The notes under the pieces: generated by a model
Told to the model about the DNA's origin: nothing
The model's input: only the letters and a program-made list of their open reading frames with translations
Databases searched by the model: none
Shown: in pieces, positions 40,519-50,029 of the stretch
Numbering within the stretch: position 1 is the stretch's first letter
Layout of the letters: each line of letters starts with the position of its first letter
Translations under genes and position numbers: made by a program
Origin: Nitrosopumilus sp.
GTDB lineage: Archaea > Thermoproteota > Nitrososphaeria > Nitrososphaerales > Nitrosopumilaceae
DNA length: 64,000 bases
NCBI GenBank assembly: GCA_965218785.1
Contig: OZ244650.1
Span: 128,001 to 192,000 of the forward strand
Direction of reading: 5' to 3'

Positions 40519-41091
40519 TTGTCAACTGAAAACAATTCCGATGAGGTTCCCGTTGATGTTATATCTGAAGACGCATCTGAACCTGATGATTCTCCGGCAG
40601 AATCAAACTCTGTGGGGATAGACATCGAGGAACTATCAAACTTGTTGGAACTAGAAAAGCATAAAGTGGCAGAGCATGAAGAAAAATTAAAACATGTTCT
40701 GGCAGACTTTCAAAATCTTGATCGAAAAACCCAATCTGATATAGAAAAAGGCGTTAATGCCAAAGTTGATGAATTTGCATTGGATTTTTTGAAAATATAC
40801 GATGATTTTATTAGAGCAAAGCAGGTTTTTTCCGAAAATAAAATAAATACCGACGGTCTAGATTCAATTTTAAAAAACATGGATTCACTGTTGAAAAAAT
40901 ATAATATTGTTCCAATTGACGCGCTGGGAGAAATCTTTGATCCGAACTATCACGAGGCCATATCCATTGTTTCTGATTCAGGGTTGGATGATAGTACAAT
41001 CGTCAAAGAGATCAGGAAAGGATATATCTCTCACGAGAGGGTTATAAGACCCACACTAGTAGAAATCTCAAAAAAGGATGATAAAATATGA
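40519..41091 (+). CDS. grpE: Nucleotide exchange factor GrpE
   Basis: [19 protein letters not shown]...IRPTLV. Confidence 0.95.
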   Translation: MSTENNSDEVPVDVISEDASEPDDSPAESNSVGIDIEELSNLLELEKHKVAEHEEKLKHVLADFQNLDRKTQSDIEKGVNAKVDEFALDFLKIYDDFIRAKQVFSENKINTDGLDSILKNMDSLLKKYNIVPIDALGEIFDPNYHEAISIVSDSGLDDSTIVKEIRKGYISHERVIRPTLVEISKKDDKI

Positions 41092-43139
41092 CTAAAATAA
41101 TTGGTATTGATTTAGGAACAAGTAATTCCGCTGCAGCAGTTGTGATGGGTGGCAAGCCAACAATTATTCCCGCTGCCGAAGGCGCCACCGTGGGCGGAAA
41201 GGCATTTCCATCAGTTGTCGCATTCTCCAAAGAAGGCCAACTCCTAGTTGGAGAACCGGCACGAAGACAGGCAGTAACAAATCCTGACAGCACCATAATT
41301 GCCGCTAAAAGGAAGATGGGATCTGATCATGTTTTTAAGATTCAGGGCAAAGAATACAAGCCCCAGCAAATTTCCGCGTTTATCTTACAAAAAATCAAAA
41401 AAGACGCCGAGGCATTTATTGGCGAACCTGTAAAAAAAGTAGTAATTACGGTACCTGCATATTTTGATGACAATCAACGTCAGGCCACCAAGGACGCTGG
41501 AACAATTGCAGGTCTTGATGTTGTTAGAATTATCAATGAACCAACAGCCGCATCACTGGCATTTGGACTAGACAAGGCAAAAGAAGACATGAAGATTCTT
41601 GTATTTGATTTTGGCGGAGGTACGTTGGATGTCACCATCATGGAGATGGGCGGTGGTGTTTTTGAAGTAATGAGTACATCCGGAGACACGCAATTGGGTG
41701 GTACTGATATGGACAAGGTTGTAATTGATTACATTGTTGATGAATTCAAGAAAAAGGAAGGTCTTGATCTTTCTCAGGATTCGACTGCGATGACGAGAAT
41801 CAGGGAAGCTGCCGAAAAAGCCAAGATTGAATTATCTACAGTTATGGAGACTGATCTCAACCTGCCCTTTATTTCACATGATCCATCATCTGGTGCAAAA
41901 AATCTTGAATTAAGAATGACTAGAGCCAAACTAGATGAATTAATCGGACCGATTGTTCAGCGATGCAAGCCCTCAATATTAAAATCACTTGAAGATGCAA
42001 AGATTCCCACCTCTGAGATTAGCAAAATTGTAATGGTTGGAGGACCTACAAGAATTCCGCTAGTACAAAAATTTGTCAGCGAAATTACAGGAAAGAATGC
42101 CGAATCCGGAGTTGATCCCATGGAGGCAGTAGCGATGGGTGCTGCAATACAGGCGGGAATTATTGCCGGAGATGTTGCTAGTGATATAGTCCTGCTTGAT
42201 GTTACTCCGCTAACATTGGGAATTGAGACTCTGGGCGGGGTTAGGGAACCATTAATTGAAAGAAATACGACAATTCCAACCTCTAAAAGTAAGGTTTTCA
42301 CAACTGCAGCTGATAATCAAACTGCCGTAACTATTCATGTTGTTCAAGGTGAACGACCGATGGCAACTGATAACGTCTCACTGGGAAGTTTCAACCTGAC
42401 TGATCTGCCTCCAGCCCCGAGGGGAATTCCTCAAATTGAGGTGAAATTTGACATTGATGCAAATGGAATAATCAATGTTGCGGCAAAAGATCTTGGGACT
42501 CAAAAGGAGGCGAAAATCACCATTGAATCCACGTCAAAACTCTCCAAGGAGGAAATTGAGAAATTAAAAGAAGATGCAGAAAAATTCTCCGATGAGGATA
42601 AAAAGAAGAAAGAAAAAATCGATCTTAAAAACGAGGCAGAGAGTTACATATACACTACAGAAAAGTTGGTCAATCATGATTTAAAAGATAAAATTTCTCA
42701 AGAACAGGGAATTAAAATTACTGATGCCGTCAAAGAAGTCAAAGAATCTCTAAGCAAGGAACTTTCTGAACTAAAACCAAAACTTGAAGCACTACAAACC
42801 ATAGTTAGTGAGGTAACCACCGAGCTGTACAAGAATGCAGCACCTCCTCCGGGAACCGAAGGACAACAGCAGCAGGACTCTGGCACCGAAGGACAACAAA
42901 AAGATTCTGGCACCGAAGGACAACAGCAACAGGACTCTGGCACCGAAGGACAACAAAAAGATTCTGGCACCGAAGGACAACAAAAAGATTCTGGCACCGA
43001 AGGACAACAAAAAGATTCTGGCACCGAAGGACAACAAAAAGATTCTGGCACCGAAGGACAACAGCAACAACAACAGGACTCCGGCACAGGGAGTCAAACA
43101 AACGAATCATCTTCAGACAATGAAACTAAAACTAATTAA
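41088..43139 (+). CDS. dnaK: Chaperone DnaK (Hsp70) with C-terminal repeat expansion
   Basis: [35 protein letters not shown]. Confidence 0.98.
   Translation: MTKIIGIDLGTSNSAAAVVMGGKPTIIPAAEGATVGGKAFPSVVAFSKEGQLLVGEPARRQAVTNPDSTIIAAKRKMGSDHVFKIQGKEYKPQQISAFILQKIKKDAEAFIGEPVKKVVITVPAYFDDNQRQATKDAGTIAGLDVVRIINEPTAASLAFGLDKAKEDMKILVFDFGGGTLDVTIMEMGGGVFEVMSTSGDTQLGGTDMDKVVIDYIVDEFKKKEGLDLSQDSTAMTRIREAAEKAKIELSTVMETDLNLPFISHDPSSGAKNLELRMTRAKLDELIGPIVQRCKPSILKSLEDAKIPTSEISKIVMVGGPTRIPLVQKFVSEITGKNAESGVDPMEAVAMGAAIQAGIIAGDVASDIVLLDVTPLTLGIETLGGVREPLIERNTTIPTSKSKVFTTAADNQTAVTIHVVQGERPMATDNVSLGSFNLTDLPPAPRGIPQIEVKFDIDANGIINVAAKDLGTQKEAKITIESTSKLSKEEIEKLKEDAEKFSDEDKKKKEKIDLKNEAESYIYTTEKLVNHDLKDKISQEQGIKITDAVKEVKESLSKELSELKPKLEALQTIVSEVTTELYKNAAPPPGTEGQQQQDSGTEGQQKDSGTEGQQQQDSGTEGQQKDSGTEGQQKDSGTEGQQKDSGTEGQQKDSGTEGQQQQQQDSGTGSQTNESSSDNETKTN
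42852..43082 (+). repeat. In-frame 27-36 bp tandem repeat (8 units) encoding GTEGQQ(K/Qn)DS
   Basis: Repeated GGCACCGAAGGACAACAAAAAGATTCT and variants. Confidence 0.95.
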
Positions 43140-43188
43140 TTTCTCCAATTCAATCATTTATACAGTAATTATGATAAAGGAATGATTC

Positions 43189-44295
43189 ATGACTGCAAAA
43201 CGTGATTATTATGAGGTTTTAGGAGTTTCTAAAACATCTCCCACGGATGAAATCAAACAACAATATAGAAAATTAGCATTAAAATTCCATCCGGATCGTA
43301 ACAAATCTTCTGAAGCCGGCGAACATTTTAAAGAAATTACAGAGGCATATGCCGTTCTTTCAGATACTGAAAAAAGGCAAATTTATGATCAGCAGGGTCA
43401 TGCGGGTGTTGATGGCAGGTATAGCAGTGATGATATATTCAAAGGTGCGCGCGGGGATTTTAGTGACATATTTGGTCGTGGAGGCGGTGGATTTGATTCC
43501 ATCTTTGAATCAATTTTTAGTCGTGGAGGCGGCAGAGGCGGTGGAGGAGGAGGAGGATTTGGATTTAATCAACAGCAGGGCTCTGATATTCTCTATCAGA
43601 CTTCGATAACATTAGAAGATGTTCTTCATGGAAAAAAAACAGAGATTGATCTACAAAAACAGATTCAATGTGATATTTGTAGTGGAACCGGCTGCAGGCC
43701 TGGCACTAATAGGAAAACATGTGCAACATGTAATGGTCAGGGACAGGTAAGACAAACTCGTAATATGGGATTTGCCTCATTTGTAGTGGCTGCACCCTGT
43801 TCTGCTTGCAGGGCCCAGGGTTCAGTTATTGAAACTCCGTGTGTGGAATGTAGGGGTAAAGGAAGCAAAAAAGGCTTTAAAAAAGTTAACTTTGAAATCC
43901 CGGCCGGAATTGATTCAGGCGATTATACCGTTCAAGGAGAGGGAAATGAAATTCCTAATGGCATTAACGGTGATCTGATTGTCAGGGTTGTAGTACAACC
44001 TCATGCACAATTCAATCGAGATGGAAAAGATATTTTCTATGATCAAGACGTTTCAATGGTTGATGCAACACTGGGCTGTGAAATTGTTGTTCCGACTTTG
44101 GAGGGCACAGAAAAAATCAAAGTTAATTCTGGCAGCCAACCAAACACTATAATCAAATTAAAGGGCAAAGGAGTCCAACATCACCATTCTAGAGGTACGG
44201 GAGATCAGTATGTTCGAATTGTAATAAATATCCCTAAAAAACTCAGCAAACATCAAAAAAACCTTCTAGATGAATTTCGGAAAACCCGTGATTAG
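43189..44295 (+). CDS. dnaJ: Chaperone DnaJ
   Basis: HPD J-domain, G/F-rich region, CxxCxGxG-type repeats. Confidence 0.97.
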   Translation: MTAKRDYYEVLGVSKTSPTDEIKQQYRKLALKFHPDRNKSSEAGEHFKEITEAYAVLSDTEKRQIYDQQGHAGVDGRYSSDDIFKGARGDFSDIFGRGGGGFDSIFESIFSRGGGRGGGGGGGFGFNQQQGSDILYQTSITLEDVLHGKKTEIDLQKQIQCDICSGTGCRPGTNRKTCATCNGQGQVRQTRNMGFASFVVAAPCSACRAQGSVIETPCVECRGKGSKKGFKKVNFEIPAGIDSGDYTVQGEGNEIPNGINGDLIVRVVVQPHAQFNRDGKDIFYDQDVSMVDATLGCEIVVPTLEGTEKIKVNSGSQPNTIIKLKGKGVQHHHSRGTGDQYVRIVINIPKKLSKHQKNLLDEFRKTRD

Positions 44296-44843
44296 TGACA
44301 AGAATGAAAATCGCGCTAGATGTCGACGGAGTTCTTGCCGATGTGATTACTCCCTGGATTGCTTTTAGCAATACAATCAGACAGAAAATCTCCAAGCATG
44401 ATATTACTGATTGGGATTTTTGGAAGAAATTTCAAATCGATCGCTATGACTTTTATACTGAATTGAATTCGTGCTGGAAAAACTGGCTTTCCATACCGCC
44501 CACAGAAGATAATTTATCATATGTTACAAAAAACCTTTCAAATCTTGGTCAGGTAGATATTGTTACCGCTAGAGAAGATAAAACCAATTCTTTTGTCAAA
44601 AACTGGCTGAATCATCACAACATATCATATGACAGTTATGTATCGGTAGTTGACGGTCCCATGAAAGCTGATTTAGATTATGACGTATTTATTGATGATT
44701 CACCATTAAATGCACAAAAATTTCTCCAGAATGGCAAAAAACTGATTTTGTATTCACAGCCCTGGAATCATCATATCAATGAAAATCGAATTCACAGAAT
44801 TTCCAGTCTTTCAGAAGCAATCAAAAAAATAAAACTCGGTTAA
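44295..44843 (+). CDS. HAD-family 5'(3')-deoxyribonucleotidase-like protein
   Basis: LDVDGVLAD, VTAR, K..FIDDSP, PWN. Confidence 0.85.
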   Translation: MTRMKIALDVDGVLADVITPWIAFSNTIRQKISKHDITDWDFWKKFQIDRYDFYTELNSCWKNWLSIPPTEDNLSYVTKNLSNLGQVDIVTAREDKTNSFVKNWLNHHNISYDSYVSVVDGPMKADLDYDVFIDDSPLNAQKFLQNGKKLILYSQPWNHHINENRIHRISSLSEAIKKIKLG

Positions 44844-45004
44844 TCCTTTACAAATTTTCTAATATTGACTTGATGACCGTTTCTTACATGAGTGACATGA
44901 GTTGTTTTTAACAATTCCCCGATTTTGTCATCATCATAGAATTTAATATTGTAGCGTCCAAGTATTTTTTTACAATTCACACAGTATACTTCCCTAAATT
45001 CCAT
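44840..45004 (-). CDS. Small Cys/His (zinc-binding-like) protein (54 aa)
   Basis: MEFREVYCVNCKKILGRY...THVTHVRNGHQVNIRKFVKD read manually; stop overlaps the HAD gene stop. Confidence 0.65.
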   Translation of the reverse strand: MEFREVYCVNCKKILGRYNIKFYDDDKIGELLKTTHVTHVRNGHQVNIRKFVKD

Positions 45005-45077
45005 CTTCCTGAACAACTGTGCATATTTGCCTCATGTATAATAAAGAAACTTATTCTAGCTTTTAGAAACTGACATT

Positions 45078-45162
45078 GCGGGAGTCGCCCAGCCTGGTCA
45101 ACGGCGTAAGGTTCAGATCCTTATCTCTTAGGAGTTCGTGGGTTCAAATCCCATCTCCCGCA
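45078..45162 (+). tRNA. tRNA-Leu(CAG)
   Basis: GCGGGAG acceptor stem, TAAGG-TTCAGAT-CCTTA anticodon arm, long variable arm, GGTTCAAATCC. Confidence 0.95.
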
Positions 45163-45253
45163 CTAATCCATGTGGAAATATAGTTTATGTATAATCGATC
45201 CTAGACTGACTACCATGAACAGTCTGCATAATTGAATTTTTAATTATGTTTTT

Positions 45254-45593
45254 TGGTGGGGGACTCCTCTAGAATGAGAACCTCGGATACATACATTTTT
45301 TGAGCAAGTTGGGAGGTAAAACACATGTTTGTCAGCAGAACGCTTCAGGATGCAATCATTCTCTTGGCGCAAAACAGGAGTTCATAAGATATCACACTCC
45401 GGAGCAGAATGGACAGACGAATCGTTCCACAAGACGCTCAAAAAGGAGTATTTGTGTGGCCGCACGAGTTTGCAAGCTATAAGGAGGCAGAGGCAGTCAT
45501 TGCAGATGCATACAGGATTACAACTATTCTAGGATCCACTCGGCACTGGGATATGTGACTCTCGAGGAATTTTTATCAGAACGGGGGAGTTCA
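45254..45593 (+). mobile_element. Degenerate IS3-family element: left end plus frameshifted C-terminal integrase fragment
   Basis: TGGTGGG...CTAGAATGAGA end, GGAGG-ATG, then IRYHTPEQNG / ESFHKTLKKEY / DYNYSRIHSALGYVT in shifting frames. Confidence 0.85.
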
Positions 45594-45938
45594 TCAGTCT
45601 GAATCATGTTTTTGTAGACCCAAATATTTTGCAAGATCTGAATAAACATCCTTTCTATGTGCAATAGCATGCACAGTGATTATGTTACGAAGATTATCTT
45701 GTTTAACCTCGTAAACTATTCGATAATGAAATTGATCGATATGGATAGAATACATTCCCTTCAAATCTTGACTTAATTCTTGTCCAAGTTTAGGATTTGT
45801 TTCTAATTGATCGATATTATCGTTTATTATTTTTAGTAATTTTGGATTAGCTTTTTTTCTAAATTTTTTATATAATTTTTCACATCTTGGAGATAGTGAT
45901 ACAATATTCGTTATGTCGGAATCCTTGCTTTTTTCCAC
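45594..45938 (-). CDS. RelE/ParE-family toxin
   Basis: L..NP.LG..L..DLKGMYSIHI..FHYRIVY...V.AIAHRKDVY pattern. Confidence 0.85.
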   Translation of the reverse strand: MEKSKDSDITNIVSLSPRCEKLYKKFRKKANPKLLKIINDNIDQLETNPKLGQELSQDLKGMYSIHIDQFHYRIVYEVKQDNLRNIITVHAIAHRKDVYSDLAKYLGLQKHDSD

Positions 45939-46255
45939 CGTACTGAACCACCTTTCTTTATTTCTTTTCGACTCATCTTGATTTCATGCATCAATTCTGA
46001 ATCATTAAGAATTTCTAATGTTTCTAGATCATTTTTGCTGATTTTAGGTGTTGCAATTTTCATACTTTTAAAAACATCAATATGGATTTTCTCTATGTCT
46101 GCTTTTGGTCGTGTAGAACATGTTGCATCAGCTAGCATGAAAAAAATTCCTACATCGTTATTGTTTAAAGTTTCACGTAAAACTGAAAAATCATCCGAAC
46201 GGTTTCTTGTCACTTTTTGTTGTGGAAATACGGTACATTTAGTTTTTAATGACAT
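45911..46255 (-). CDS. Putative antitoxin
   Basis: C-terminal ETLEILNDSELMHEIKMSRKEIKKG resembles Phd/RelB-type toxin-neutralising helices; overlaps the toxin start. Confidence 0.65.
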   Translation of the reverse strand: MSLKTKCTVFPQQKVTRNRSDDFSVLRETLNNNDVGIFFMLADATCSTRPKADIEKIHIDVFKSMKIATPKISKNDLETLEILNDSELMHEIKMSRKEIKKGGSVRWKKARIPT

Positions 46256-46740
46256 TATATCAAATCCTTACTCTTAAGTTCAATCCATGCATCTTCACAT
46301 TGTTTTTTGGTAAAGTATTTTTGTTTATTCTTTACTTTCTCAAGAATATCTGCTTTTGACATTTTAGAGTATATTTTTTTTAGAAAATGTATTGATGCTA
46401 GTATCTCAAGTTTATCTGGATCATTTTTCTTATCTTCCATAAAATCAAGAAATTGTTTAAATTTCTTTTGTATTCCTTTTTCAAATTTACCTTTTGGAAA
46501 TTTATCATAATTTTCTTGTAGTTGAAACCCAATATTTGCCAAGTGAGATGAATATGGTCCACGAAGATACCATGAAAAATCATATCCAATGTAAATATCA
46601 AATGCTTGCATAAGATAAACTGATTTCTGTAGAATCAATCTTCCTTGAAATGTAGACATGTCAAAATTGTCTAAATTTTTTAAAATTAGTCCCAATCCTA
46701 ATGCTTCTTCATTTATTGGATTATTTTCCAATTTACTCAT
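46255..46740 (-). CDS. SocA/Panacea-like (YwgA/DarG C-terminal-like) protein
   Basis: RLILQKSVYL...YDFSWYLRGPYSSHL...LEILASIHFL; TAATG overlap with the next gene. Confidence 0.65.
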   Translation of the reverse strand: MSKLENNPINEEALGLGLILKNLDNFDMSTFQGRLILQKSVYLMQAFDIYIGYDFSWYLRGPYSSHLANIGFQLQENYDKFPKGKFEKGIQKKFKQFLDFMEDKKNDPDKLEILASIHFLKKIYSKMSKADILEKVKNKQKYFTKKQCEDAWIELKSKDLI

Positions 46741-46980
46741 TTTATTTCAATTTTAAAGTATAATTTAGTATTATATCTAGATTTTTTAATCTTTATACTG
46801 CTTTATTTTATCTATTTTTAAAAAAATGAATCCTAAACGAGTAAATCTGTGACTAATCAAGCACATTTCATCCTAATTTTCTATTGTACAAAAATTAGAT
46901 TGTACTAATTTTAGACGTACTGCAAAGGAATACTATGTACTACATCGATCAAGAAAACTTGTGATAAAAAGACTCGATGC

Positions 46981-47167
46981 TGGTGGACCCTTCTAGAATG
47001 AGAACACTCCGATACATTACACTTTTTGAGCAAGGTGTTTATGGATTCTAAGATAACTCTGGTCTTTTCCTGTGGGGCGAATTTACTCTTTACCATGTGT
47101 TTTACCTCCTAACTTGTTCAAAAAGTGTATGTATGCAAGCGGTCTCATTCTAGCGGGGTCCCCACCA
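46981..47167 (-). mobile_element. 187-bp MITE-like internal deletion derivative of an IS3-family element
   Basis: Imperfect terminal inverted repeats of about 50 bp (TGGTGG..CTAGAATGAGA..ACACTTTTTGA.CAA), TG...CA ends, internal RBS-ATG plus about 20 codons resembling an OrfA start (MVKSKFAPQEKTRVILES). Confidence 0.82.
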
Positions 47168-47188
47168 ATATGTTATAACTTGAAAAAA

Positions 47189-47923
47189 CTAGGAGGAGGT
47201 AATAATTACATTATCTATCCATATTGCCTGGTTCCAGTCTGCAATCCAAGGATCAGCCAAGTGAATAAACACCTTGATGTCTTCTCCTGCATAGTCTGTC
47301 AAGTCAATTGATATGTTCTGCCATGGCGACACTGTTTGATCTGAGGCAACTGCCAGGATCTTATCCAGACGGTTATGATCTACATCCAGTATGAGCACAA
47401 ACATGTTTGGTATATGTTTGTGGCTTGAAGCATGTCCTTCTGCCTTGCCATCAAAGGTAAGCTTTATGTCGTCGCCTTCTGGCAGGCTAACCTGCTTTAT
47501 TATGCCTGGTCTTGCAGCAAAGCCATCGCCTGAGAAATGCACAATACCATCTTGGTTGGATAGTATGTAGTTATCTTTTCCTGTAGGGTATCTTTCATCT
47601 AATATGGTATGATGCTGCCATCCATCAAGACCATCATCAAAATTATCATTAATAATTTCCCCTGTATACCTTGGTAAGAAGATCATGCCAATCTGCTTAA
47701 AGACATCATGCATCCCTCCTCGTTGTTCTAGCTGTCCAACTATGTTTTCTAGCTGTTCAGCTATGTTTTCTAGCTGTTCAACATCAACAGTACTTTTTGC
47801 AATTTGAGGGTTTGGAATGCGTTCGTGTGTATCTGTATCATTATATGTCTGTACAAATGCCATTCCTATTGGAATCAATAAAATTACTATCAAGAATGGT
47901 ATTACATACTGTATTTTTTTCAT
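47189..47923 (-). CDS. Secreted/membrane-anchored protein with C-terminal beta-sandwich (adhesin/carbohydrate-binding-like) domain
   Basis: N-terminal KK plus hydrophobic helix, heptad repeats, DNFDDGLDGW...WQNISIDLTDYAG...IWIDNVII. Confidence 0.65.
   Translation of the reverse strand: MKKIQYVIPFLIVILLIPIGMAFVQTYNDTDTHERIPNPQIAKSTVDVEQLENIAEQLENIVGQLEQRGGMHDVFKQIGMIFLPRYTGEIINDNFDDGLDGWQHHTILDERYPTGKDNYILSNQDGIVHFSGDGFAARPGIIKQVSLPEGDDIKLTFDGKAEGHASSHKHIPNMFVLILDVDHNRLDKILAVASDQTVSPWQNISIDLTDYAGEDIKVFIHLADPWIADWNQAIWIDNVIITSS
47726..47781 (-). repeat. 21-bp in-frame tandem repeat (about 2.5 copies) encoding EQLENI(A/V)
   Basis: CTATGTTTTCTAGCTGTTCA at 47740 and 47761 plus a partial copy. 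Confidence 0.8.
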
Positions 47924-48110
47924 ATTGTTGCGATTCAAACCATATGCTATGTTATAAAATGATCTTTTGTTTGTACTGTGGCTGGATGGACAACTACAAA
48001 TTGAAACCAGTTGTGTTAGTCATGAGGATGGAAAGTCCCACATGTGTAAAACAACGTAAATCTGGATGCATCAATAACTGCTGATCTGCATCCTTGTTGT
48101 GTGTCATCTG

Positions 48111-50018
48111 TTAGATGCCGTCTAATTTTTTCCTGATATTCTTTAAAAGAATTTTATTTATCGTCTCTCCAGAAGCTTTTCCTCGCAGTTCCTTCATGAC
48201 AATCCCCATAAGTGGACCTACTGCCCTCTCTTCCTGATTTTTAATTATATCCTGATTTTCTTCCACTATTTTTTCAATAATTTTCTCCAGTTCTGCCTCC
48301 CCAACGGTTTCAATTGAGGCATTCTTCATGGCTTCCTTGATGGATTTTGATTTTCCAGCCATGATATCCTCAAAAATTATCTCAACTGATTCTTTGGCAA
48401 TCTCCCCTGCTTCTAATAATTCAAATACTCTGGCAATCCCCTCGTCACTTAACAGGCCAGAATCCAGTCCGCTTCTCTCCAAATTGGTAATTGATGAACA
48501 AAGAACCGACGCAACAAATGTGGGGCTGACCTTGGTAGTACCCCCAACTATTCTCTCAAATAATTCGATATATCGCGAATCGAAAATCTGCTCTGAAAGC
48601 TGAGGATTAATCTTATATTTTCTCTGCAACTCCCCAATGGACTCATCCCATGATTTTGGTATATTTTTCTCTGCATATGCAATCTCTTTTTTTGTGATTA
48701 CAATTGGCGGAATATCCGTTTCCGGATACATTCTTGCAGCACCGGGTCTGGGTCGCAGGAATTTTGTTTCACCTGCCTGGGTAGCTAACCGCGTATCTAT
48801 TGGAATTCCACCGTCTCTGATTTGACGCATTCTTGATAAAATCTGATCAATTACCATGTCTGCTTTTTCAGATGGCGCAGCCAACAGCAAAAACGCATCA
48901 CCATCACTGATATCGTACTTCTCTCTCAGATCGTCTACATCATTTTGTTTTATTCCAAAAGCTGGCAGTTCATCAGAATGAAAAATCCCCCCCAAACCAA
49001 AAAATTTGACCAATTCTGCAATGTCCTTGCCCAATCTGATACCCGGCATCCATTCTTTACCAAATATTCCACTCAAATTCCTGAAAATTATTAAATCAAT
49101 CCTGTGATTTTTCTCTACTGATTTTCTGACAGTTTGGGAATTCCATGTCCTGACCATGTCTGTTGCATCGATTCTTTTATTGTGATCACCGAATTTTCTA
49201 TCCTGCAGCTCTTTGGAAATTTGCAATAATCCATACTGTCTTTTAGCCTCATATTCCACAATTTTTTCCAACTGATCTAACTGCTGTACCCCCTTTACCT
49301 CAATTACCACTCCTCTCCCCTCTCTGATTGATACATTGACGTCTTGCCGGATAGAACCCAGACCACGTCTTACCTTCTTGGTACTTCTCAAAATTCTTCC
49401 CAATGATAACGCGATTTTTTTAATTTGTTTCGGACTTGCTTCAAACGGCTCTGTTGCTATCTCGACTAGTGGCACCCCCAGGCGCTCCAAACCGTATCTC
49501 CTTACCGAACCCTCATCACCTAAAATTTTTGCAGCGTCTTCTTCAAGACAGATTGACTGAATTCCTATCTTTTCTCCATCCACCTCATAAGATCCCCCCT
49601 GTGACACCAACATAGTGCGCTGGAATCCCGTGGTATTGGAACCGTCAACTACTGTTTTTCTCATGGGATAAATTTCGCTAAAAATATTTGATTTTAGTGC
49701 AGACGCTATGACTAGCGAAATTTTTTTAGCCTCCTCGTCTAACTCATGGGGCGGCTCCTCATCATATTCTACCAGGCAGCTGCTTTGTGGATTGGCATAA
49801 TACATTATCGTTTTTGATTTGGATTTTTCAAAAAGCGCGGCAGGATCAAATTCCCCCAACTCGCTTTTTGATGCTCTCAGCCTTCGCTGAAATTTTATAA
49901 GATACTCGTCTGATTCTGCCGGTGTACAGTTGCAAAACAATTTTTTATTGGTTGCAAGTTGTTGGTGGATCTCCAGTCCGATTTTTAATCCGACTTTATC
50001 TATGAAAAACTCTGACAT
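48111..50018 (-). CDS. gatE: Glu-tRNA(Gln) amidotransferase subunit E
   Basis: GLEIHQQL, DGSNTTGFQRT, LEEDAA, RQDVNVSI, RMYPETD. Confidence 0.96.
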   Translation of the reverse strand: MSEFFIDKVGLKIGLEIHQQLATNKKLFCNCTPAESDEYLIKFQRRLRASKSELGEFDPAALFEKSKSKTIMYYANPQSSCLVEYDEEPPHELDEEAKKISLVIASALKSNIFSEIYPMRKTVVDGSNTTGFQRTMLVSQGGSYEVDGEKIGIQSICLEEDAAKILGDEGSVRRYGLERLGVPLVEIATEPFEASPKQIKKIALSLGRILRSTKKVRRGLGSIRQDVNVSIREGRGVVIEVKGVQQLDQLEKIVEYEAKRQYGLLQISKELQDRKFGDHNKRIDATDMVRTWNSQTVRKSVEKNHRIDLIIFRNLSGIFGKEWMPGIRLGKDIAELVKFFGLGGIFHSDELPAFGIKQNDVDDLREKYDISDGDAFLLLAAPSEKADMVIDQILSRMRQIRDGGIPIDTRLATQAGETKFLRPRPGAARMYPETDIPPIVITKKEIAYAEKNIPKSWDESIGELQRKYKINPQLSEQIFDSRYIELFERIVGGTTKVSPTFVASVLCSSITNLERSGLDSGLLSDEGIARVFELLEAGEIAKESVEIIFEDIMAGKSKSIKEAMKNASIETVGEAELEKIIEKIVEENQDIIKNQEERAVGPLMGIVMKELRGKASGETINKILLKNIRKKLDGI

Positions 50019-50029
50019 TCTTTTTTCTC

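Noticed and set aside
42852-43082. Possible CRISPR array (repeats of about 27-30 bp)
   Set aside because: Repeats are head-to-tail without unique spacers, lie in frame within dnaK, and no cas genes are present
42698-43185. Cys-rich and repetitive ORFs (e.g. [18 protein letters not shown]...) resembling metallothioneins or adhesins
   Set aside because: They are antisense or alternative-frame shadows of the dnaK C-terminal tandem repeat
45078-45162. tRNA-Leu(CAG) as the target of the C/D sRNA at 60352
   Set aside because: Only AGAUCC pairs; the loop UUCAGAU does not match the rest of the guide, whereas a CAA isoacceptor would
45300-45532. ORFs 45300..45482 and 45329..45532 as intact genes
   Set aside because: They are different-frame pieces of one frameshifted IS3 transposase remnant
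45078-48110. tRNA-Leu-integrated provirus or integrative element
   Set aside because: No integrase gene or viral genes, and no duplicated tRNA 3' end (attR) was found by eye
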